A DNA stretch of 64,000 bases, from NCBI RefSeq assembly GCF_018977255.1, contig NW_024704742.1, positions 47,494,001 through 47,558,000 on the forward strand, given 5' to 3'. A model generated the notes under the pieces. That model ran no database searches. It had not been told where the DNA came from and saw nothing but the letters and a program-made list of their open reading frames with translations. The position numbers and the translations under genes are program-made. The DNA is from Callorhinchus milii. Its lineage: Eukaryota. This document shows, one piece after another, positions 55,780 through 64,000 of the stretch; the first letter of the stretch is position 1; every line of letters begins with the position of its first letter.

Positions 55780-55973
55780 TCAGCCTGGAAAGTTAGACTC
55801 AGTTCGCTGAGGGTTTATCCAAACAACAGAACTAGACGGACCTCCCAAAACGGGGCTAATGAGCACAGAACTGGCAGCTCTTACAAGTATAGACTTTTTT
55901 TTCTTCTTGCGTGCAGCATTATTGTGTGTCTCACTGTCCGAACACGCTTGAGATATCTGTCGGAGTGGTATGG
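55780..55973 (-). CDS. Putative terminal exon of the unrecognised gene
   Basis: Strong acceptor TTTTCTTTCTCCTCAG|; [35 protein letters not shown]...NFPG*. Confidence 0.6.
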
Positions 55974-58900
55974 CTGAGGAGAAAGAAAATAATATTAGTC
56001 CAGGTAACCAGATAAGTTTGTAGACATAACTGACATATTGGGGGTTGTTTTGTGATTTCATTTCCAAATGTATTGTTGTGGATTATGTGATATTCATTGG
56101 TTAGTTATATGAAATTGTACATATAAATTACTATGTAATGCAATAGAATTATGTAATTTAATGTTATATTTATAAATTCACCGTAATCTCAAAGAGACCT
56201 AACAGTTCAGATCAGGTGGAAGAACTAAGTTGCATTGAACTAAGTCTCTGGATATTGATCCAAAGTGACTGACCTTTAAAATAATCTGTACCAACTGAAT
56301 GCACAAGCGTAACAAAGGGATCACACAGTTTTGAGCCTTTGCTCTCGCTTATCATGCCACAGTTCTTTCTCATTATACTTTTGGTTAATGTGGCAAAGGA
56401 TTATGTTTTTCAGTCAGTGTGAATTGTTTGATAATTCCTTTCAAAAAGAACCACAGAAATAAGTTTAGTAATTAAATTACCTGAAGGATGATTATTCGTC
56501 AGAAAGTTTTCTTGGACGGTAAGCACGTTAGCATATTCAGCTGCTTCAATATCATCACTGGCTGGTCGCTGTAAACTTTTCCATGGCAATGTGGAGTCGC
56601 TCATTTCTTCACATTTAAAAAAGTGATACAATTTAGGTTAGGTTTATTATTTTGACTACTATCATATTCAGAAATGATTAAGCAAACAGGTACACTCTTG
56701 TTGACCCATGAGTCACCTAAATTGACTTTCACAAGCCTGAAACTTTTTTGGGGGAGGGAGGAATTATTACCCCAGGAAAGCATCTGCCAATCGAATAGCA
56801 ACCAGATTCCTACTTACTGCCAGGTAAGTGGAGTAAGGAAACTTGCCTAAGGTTTTTTCCTGTTTTTTCCTGATTCTCAATCTGTGTCAAGTTAGTTAAT
56901 CTCCCCTCGGGCAACATTTGAAGCACTTTATTTGGCTTCAAATTTCTCCACGTTATGAGTAAAATAAATTAACCACTTAGTTTCATTCTCCCAATTGCTA
57001 TCCACTGTTGTACTGTGGGTGCGTGTGGTTGTTGGGTGAGAACAGAATCAGGCTCAGTTGTGATTCCTTCCACAGTTGAAAGTTGTGATTCCTTGACAAT
57101 CATTGTCTGGACTCACACGTGAAGAATAATCGCTTGGACAAGGTCTTAGGAGAGTTGTTGGTGCCCTTGGAGCTGAACTTGGCAAGGTTCAGTATTTTAA
57201 TAGAAAAAGTGGAAGAGAAAATTGCCGGGAAGTAGAAAATTCTCATTAAATAATTCATTCAAAACTTCAATCAAAATTTAGCAAAAAGCATTCATAGCCA
57301 AGGATCCTTTGATTATAAAATGTGGTTCACTGTGCTTATCAGCATTTCGCATACCCAAAGTCCCAGTGGCAAAGTGAGGCATCCCACAAACACATCATGT
57401 ACAATATAGTTGCCTCCACTCTGCCTAACAATAAGCAATATTGCCATCCTCAGAACAGCACTGTCTTCTGCAACAAACATTATTTAAAAAGCTTGAATGG
57501 TCTCACCAGATAAAAAGCTCTAAATGAGATGAGATAAAGTATATGTTATCATGTTAGCAGGGTTACAGAAACTAGAATCAGGAATTACATGAATTAGAAT
57601 AATCAGGAGCTGCAGACATATCTGATTGATGTAACCCATTATTTTTTTAGTGATGGTATCAGTTGGGTAATTTTGCAGAAACCTACACCAGACTTAAAAA
57701 TATCCAAACTAGACAAGAAATCCACTCAAATATGCTATCTATGAATGGAAATGTTCATGCGTCTGGAATGTGCACTCTCCCCCTGGAGAGATGCAACCTA
57801 CATACCTAATTCCAGAAAATATTTGGTGCAGGTTAGTGAGAGCCAAGGCTTGGAACCTGAATGTATGCCTAGGATAAACACATTTTAATAAGCTAAAATT
57901 ACACAGCTTGCTATTGAGAGTACCAGCTGGAAAGCTTCCTGTTGCTTGTCCAGCTGGGATAACCTTATCTGTAAGGGCATTGGTATGCTGGGTATAAGAG
58001 CCTAGTGGAAAAAAATGACTGCCTTAGTGATCAGTCTGCCCCTCCAAGTCTGCTGATAAGGCAGGCTGACTGGTCTGTCATCAGCAACACCTTGGAGACC
58101 TGCTTGTCTGCCTGACTGAGGAATTGGACTGCTGAAACGCCACAGAAGATTGGCTGTGAGGTGTGTCACCTTGGAGGTAGCTCAGCCCCAAGGAGACCTT
58201 GTTTACTGAGCAATACAGCTTAGCATGAAATGTGTAACAGAAATGTCACCATCCTCCTGCCCACAGCTTAGATACATATCCCTACCTATTGAGCAAAGGT
58301 TCGACCTGTTGGAAGTGCAGTGCTTGACCAGCAAGTTCAGGATCCGCATTCTCACCTTCAATTCCCTCCACAGTCTTGCCCCACCCTACCTCTGTAACCT
58401 CCTTCAACCCTAAAGACCTGTCTGCTCCCCTCACTCAGCAAACATCAGCCTGTTTCATGTCCCCCAACCTAATTGCCTCACTATTGGCAAGCAAGCTTTC
58501 AGCCATTTCAGCCCTGCTTTCTAGAACTCCATCCCACAGTCCAGCCAACTCACTCCCCACATTCAAAGCTCATCTCAAGACATACCTCTTTGACCATGCT
58601 TTCAGTCATCTTTCCCCTCCCCATCCCCTTGAGCTCCCAACCCCAACTCGGCTGCCCAGTCACCATATCAAGTACTTTGAAGGGCCCTCCTGACATGAAA
58701 GGCACCTTATAACAATAACAAATTGTATTGTAAAATACTGCAGTGGGTGAATTCCAGAATGAGAGAACTTTTTGTTCGTTCTTGGCCCAAAAGCATCAAT
58801 ACAAAAATTTGCTTCTACTGAAGACAGAACAAAGAACAAAATAATCCGACATTCGGGAAAGTGGTTATTTGTGAAAATACCTTCAACATTTGATGAATGA

Positions 58901-61900
58901 TGTTCATGTTCAAATGTTATAGACAGTTTCCTGTTTTTGTAAGACATCACATCTGCTTGAGAAAACATACAAAAATATTACTTGCCAGTCACCACTGTAG
59001 GTATTCTCCATAGTAGTTCTTGCATTAACGCAAAATCTAAGAAAAGTGTAGCATGTGTGTATTTTGTAGACAAAGGCAGCAGCCAATTTGTACACAGCAA
59101 TGTTCCTTAGACAGCCATGAATTATATGACAAATTTTACTTATATTTAATATCCTGTTTAATTGTGAATGTATATTTAGAATATTAATAATATTATTATA
59201 ATAATAATTGTGAATATTGTAAACACACCGCAGTACAGAAGTCATTGGCACACCTTACTTGACTTGAAGCTACTAATTACCTGAAAATTCATTCCAATTT
59301 TATATACTGTATATATAAATGCAAAGATCGAGTTGTGTCACCACTCTACGAGCCTCAAACAAGATCTTTGCATAAACATACTGGATAATTAGGAGCTAAT
59401 TAAGTGCAATCATAATATAGGAAAATCCATATGCATAAATAAAATCTGTGCAGGAAACTGTTGATTGCATCTGAAAGCTATGGTGAAGTACCTAAATTCG
59501 CATAAGTGGGCACTGTAGTTTCTGTTGATTGAATCTCACTGGAAGTAGTTAAATGATCTGCGGGCCAGGTCTCATTTTCTTCCTGTTGAATATCATTGGC
59601 GTATAAACTGGATTCATCATCCAATAATCCAATGCAATTATAATCCAAGTTTTCACCTGCATTGAAAAAAATGATCACTAACATTGACAAAGGAATGGAT
59701 TTGCCACTGTGGGCATAACAAAACAGAGGGTATATAGGACATCATCTGTATATGGGGTATATAGGCCTCTCCTCTTACCTCAACCTTCAAGGTTCTGTCC
59801 TTGAATGGTTCTATCTCTCACACCGGCTCCACTTTGTCTCCACAAATGGCTTCTCCTCCAGCTCCCACACCATCTCATGTGGTGTTCCTCAGGGCTCTGT
59901 CCTCGGTCCTCTCCACTTCAAACTCACCTTCAAGGCCCTCCATGGTCTTGCCCCCTCCTACCTCTCCGACCTGCTAACTCCTTATCAACCTGTCCACTCC
60001 CTCCACTCAGCAGCCTCCGGCCTGTTCCTTGTCCCTCCGGTTGGCCCGCTCCACCGACGGCGGTCGGGCATTCAGCCTCTCTGCCCCCACTCTATGGAAC
60101 TCCATTCCACATTCCCTTTGCTTCACTCCCTCCTTTGCCTCCTTCAAGGCTCGTCTCAAGACCCTCCTCTTTGACCGAGCCTTCGGCCAACCTCCTTCCC
60201 CGCTCTCCACTGTCCCTGATCCCAACCCCCCGCTAAGGTCTTAATCCCTGAGAGTTCAGCATCTAGGGACGTCCTCCTGACATGAAAGGTGCCTTTTAAA
60301 TGTAATTTTGTATTGTGTCATGTTCAGCAAACTTAAGAAAGTACAAAGTTATAATTCATATTTTTTTTAAAAAAAGGATCAGGAACAAATATTCTACATT
60401 AATATCTCCTTTTTTTAAGTATAAATCAGTGTGTGGCTTCTACCAAAGCCTTTGAAGTCTTTGGTTGATGCTCTTACTCACATCACTGGGGATAGGAACA
60501 TTGGATCAGTAACTTTACACAGCAGTTTCAACTATAACAACCCATAGCATCTATATACATAAAAGAACAGCAAAATTACATTTATATAGCGCCTTTCACA
60601 TCGGGAGGACGTCCCAAGGTACTGAACCATCTTGAATATGATGTTATGATTAATTAACAGAATATGATTAATTAGAAAGGTAGGGTCTAACTAAGTTTTC
60701 TAATGTGAATGTTTCTAATGTGAATGTTGTTATGTAGGCAAACACACCAGCTAATTTGCACCTCCATTATCCTAAAAACAACATTGGGATAAGTAGCCAA
60801 TAAACTACCCCATTGATCCTTGGTAAACCTATTTGCATACCATCATAAAAAAAATCACTGCATTTGATATAAGGCCTTAACACATTATCTAGAAATCTTA
60901 AAGGCTTTCACATGATATACTCTAAAGTGATGTGATAGTGTGTATTTTTTATTATTATTATTGATGACAAGATACATCCCAAGTCCCTTGTAAGAGAACA
61001 TAATTTCCTTAATGGTCAACGAGACTGATATGAATTCAAATTCAGTCCTCAGATTCACATTCCAAGAGAATGCTGCTTTTGACTCTCTGTAGCAAAGTCC
61101 TAAATTTACCTGAATGTTTATTCCTAGAATCCATTTATACTGAGGAAATACCTTTGCTAGTCGATGGCTCAATTCCAATATTAGAGAACTTCCTGCTTTT
61201 TCTTGGCTCAAAGACATTTGTAGTGAAGCTTTCTTCTGCTGAAAACAGGGAGATTAGAATTATCCAAAATTCTGGGAAATGGTTCAGAAATATGCAAATA
61301 AGAAAATATATTTTACTTGTGAAAATACCTTCAACATTTAATGGGCCATAATGCCATTCAGCTGCTGTAGACAGTTTTCTATATTTTTTTCCTTGAGAAA
61401 ATATAAACATTTAGTTGAGACTCACAACTGTAAGGTTTTCTCCACAGCAGCTTTTGCATTAATATGAAACTGAAGGATGTTTGAGACACAACAGAGTACA
61501 ACATTATCCAATATTCTAGGGTACAATTCAATAATATTAAAGAAAACATACTATGATTAGATAGAGGACATTATTCTGTCAAAGTCCCGTTGAAAAGACA
61601 GGAAGCTCTGGGGAATGTGAGAGCCTGGGGGAAGAGAGTAGACATGGCGAATGTAGGAGCTCAGGGGAATGCCAGAGACCTTGGAAAACCCAGATTATAA
61701 ACTTAAACCCTAGTCTGGGAATTGAACCCTCAATCTTCTGACCAGAAGGCATAATTCCACGAAAAATAAACTAAAATCACACTGCTCAGAAATATTTAGT
61801 GAAGCAATCAGTTTTGCTAATGAAATTACCTTCAACAGCTGGTCGATAGTTTTCATATTCGGATATGGTAACTAGTCTCCTGTTTTTGGAAGCCTTTATG

Positions 61901-61904
61901 TTTG
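55780..61904 (-). CDS. 3' part of an unrecognised multi-exon gene with a tyrosine-motif-rich hydrophilic C-terminus, at the TMEM156 syntenic position
   Basis: Exons 61830-61904, 61329-61391, 61152-61238, 59492-59656, 58881-58955, 56481-56606 and 55780-55973 have AG/GT ends. The six internal exons are 75/63/87/165/75/126 nt (phase 1-1) and splice into about 261 aa without a stop. Confidence 0.7.
56481..56606 (-). CDS. Exon D of the unrecognised gene (EYANV motif)
   Basis: Branch-like CCTAAC, ...[54 protein letters not shown]. Confidence 0.7.
57760..58200 (-). mobile_element. Third copy of the structured repeat of 47385-47785
   Basis: Reverse complement shares GGTCTCCT..AAGGTGACA..AGCCAATC.TCTGTGGC..CAGCTGGACAAGCA..CTGGAATTAGGT. 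Confidence 0.65.
58325..58720 (+). mobile_element. L2 LINE 3' fragment
   Basis: [38 protein letters not shown]; tail. Confidence 0.8.
58881..58955 (-). CDS. Exon A'' of the unrecognised gene (duplicated module)
   Basis: [42 protein letters not shown], 75 nt. Confidence 0.65.
59492..59656 (-). CDS. Exon C of the unrecognised gene (LDYNCI, LYAND, TYANL motifs)
   Basis: [38 protein letters not shown]...[14 protein letters not shown], 165 nt. Confidence 0.75.
59765..60320 (+). mobile_element. L2 LINE fragment with a large internal deletion
   Basis: [11 protein letters not shown] joined almost directly to [18 protein letters not shown]; tail. Confidence 0.85.
61152..61238 (-). CDS. Exon B of the unrecognised gene
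   Basis: [48 protein letters not shown], 87 nt. Confidence 0.7.
61329..61391 (-). CDS. Exon A' of the unrecognised gene
   Basis: [38 protein letters not shown], 63 nt. Confidence 0.7.
61830..61904 (-). CDS. Exon A of the unrecognised gene (EYENY motif)
   Basis: [42 protein letters not shown], 75 nt. Confidence 0.7.
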
Positions 61905-62380
61905 CTTGAGAAAACACACACAAGTAATTCAATTGAGATTCACACGGAAGATATCATTTTGCACAGTAGCCCGCATCAACACAACACAAAATATATAGGA
62001 AAATATATTTTCCTATACCTTTCTATTTAATGATCTGTTTCCATTTTGAAATAACATATTTTGCTTACTTTTTTCCACTAGTTCCACTTTTTCCAAGAAG
62101 CATTAGTATGGCCTAATTGTTTTTTTTGTGAGGGGAATTCCCTCCCTCCCACACCCCACCCACTACAAGAATCAATCAAATTTCAAAACACTCATATTTA
62201 AAAGTGAAAGTAGCTTGATCTGATTCCCGGTGTCAAAGACTCACACAACACCATTCAAATTCCTGCTCCTCAAACTACCAAAAGGCAGCACAGGTACCAG
62301 ACCATTCAGTAATGACTTCATGATCAATGATTAATCCAATAAATATAACCAAGAGCAGTTAAATCTGCATTCCTGGTCTT

Positions 62381-62718
62381 AATAATAATAATCCTTGCAT
62401 TTAATATAATGTCTTATCAAGTCTTCGAGACGTCTCAAAGTGCTTCACATAGTATATTGTAAAGTGAATTGTCTGCATATTTTGTGGGCAAAACAGGACA
62501 GCCAGTTGCATACAGCAATGTCCCACAAACAGTCGTGGATTGAAGTGACCAACTTATTACTATTATTATTTTTTGAAGCGATCCTCCAACTGGGTTCCTA
62601 CTTACTGCTGGGTAAACAGAGACGCCTGGAGTAAGAAAACTTGCCTAAGGTTTCACCCCCGCCGGGAATCAAACCCAAGTCCTCTCGCTTGCGAGGCGAG
62701 TATTGTAACCACTACAGG
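62381..62718 (-). mobile_element. tRNA(Ala)-headed SINE
   Basis: Reverse complement of the 29933 family. Confidence 0.8.
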
Positions 62719-63809
62719 GCAGATCTTTAGCCAAAAGGCTGAGAAGTGATCCCTGATCGTACTTCTAAAAGATAATTGTATCAAGTTGAATGAAAAACCA
62801 AAATGATACACAAATTGCTTTGCTTGCTTCTTGTGCAAACTTATTGTGGTGTATATCATTTGCACATGATACAAGGAATTGTGTTTACCTCTATTTACTG
62901 AAAAAGCAGATCCAAGCAATTTCCATCATCCAAAAGAATAGTGCAAAAATTTAAACTTTGGGAGATTAAATTTATTGATCTGTCAGTCACTAACCTCTGA
63001 GTAATACACAAATTACAGTTTGCTTATGATTTGATTGAGCAGTTTCTTCATTGCACAAAGGTGGAAAGAAGCAGTAAAACACCTTAATGAAGTTTCATGC
63101 CATTCTGGAGAGAATTGAATTAAAATCTTGAAAAATTGTTTTACAGCACTGAAAGGGCAGCCACAAAGGAGCAGGGAGACAAAAGGCTAAAAGTGGAGAT
63201 CAGAGAGAAAATGTGGTCAGTTACTTGGCTTTCACGTCTAACTCTTGAGCGACAAAAGAAAGTGAATTGGTCTAACCTATAAATATGAAGCTTCATCATT
63301 TGCACTTTAATAATATTTTTTAATAATATTCACCAACAAAATATAGTCAATTCACTTTACAGTATATTCTGTGAACCACTTTGAGACGTCTCAATGATGT
63401 GATAAGGCGCTATATCAAATTCAGGGATTCTTATTATTATGAGAAGTGATACATTACACAAAAAATTGGTTTAAAAATAATTTACAAAGATAGTCTGTAC
63501 ATTTCAGTTAGTTTTTTTAAAAGAAATAAAGATAGATTATATTTTTAACGTCCTTCCATGCAACACATCATTCATAAGCTGTGCAGGCAAACTGCTCCTA
63601 GCTCCTCTTAATGCTGCAATGTAACTGCCCGTGAGATATGCACAAGGGCAGCCTAAGGTGAATTATATTGTGATTTTTTCTCTCCCTTTCTGTAATGAAA
63701 TTCCTTATCTCACCTCTGCTTGGCACCTCAATCTAATGACCCCATTGATGGGAACTCAGCATGCACGGTGCGAGCGGCTTTTGCTCACCCTGAGGCCACG
63801 CTGTTGTCA

Positions 63810-64000
63810 TTGTTTGTGTGTGTCTCTCTCTCCTCTGTAGGTATTTGTGAGTGTTTCTATGAGAGTGTGTCTGAGTGTGTGTGTGAGTGTGTATCTCTCT
63901 GTGTCTGTGAGTGTTTGTGTGTGTCTATAAGTGTTTATCTCTGCGTGTGTCTCTCTCTCCTTGTCTATGAGAGTGTGTCCCACTCTGTGTCTGTGAGTGT
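63810..64000. repeat. GT/CT-rich low-complexity simple repeat
   Basis: Degenerate (GT)n, (CT)n and GAGTGT units. Confidence 0.85.

Noticed and set aside
57355..57467. Open minus-strand segment after GTTGCAG as another exon of the unrecognised gene
   Set aside because: The best donor gives a phase mismatch, and the hydrophobic composition does not fit the neighbouring exons.
61994..62017. 24-bp palindrome TATAGGAAAATATATTTTCCTATA
   Set aside because: Short, AT-rich and intronic; probably a local replication artefact with no evidence of function.

Overview
Eukaryotic vertebrate genomic DNA. The repeat content (L2 and CR1 LINEs, Deu-domain/SacSINE-like and tRNA-Ala-headed SINEs) suggests a cartilaginous fish, possibly a chimaera; this is inference. 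From left to right the window holds: (1) the AT-rich end of a plus-strand 3' UTR, probably KLF3 by synteny; (2) an intact single-coding-exon TLR1-subfamily Toll-like receptor on the minus strand (11344-13737, 797 aa); (3) a CpG-island promoter, a 1-kb GGGCA-type minisatellite and a complete FAM114A1 gene on the plus strand (13 coding exons, 20180-40034, one GC-AG intron); (4) heavily nested LINE/SINE/MITE sequence; (5) the 3' part of a minus-strand gene at the position TMEM156 occupies in mammals. I could not match the gene in (5) to a protein I recognise. Seven exons joined in phase 1 splice into about 261 aa of hydrophilic sequence with several YxN and ITIM-like tyrosine motifs, built partly by tandem exon duplication. 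It is the best candidate here for an undescribed immune-signalling component. There are no prokaryotic features. Most ORFs in the track are spurious or LINE-derived.
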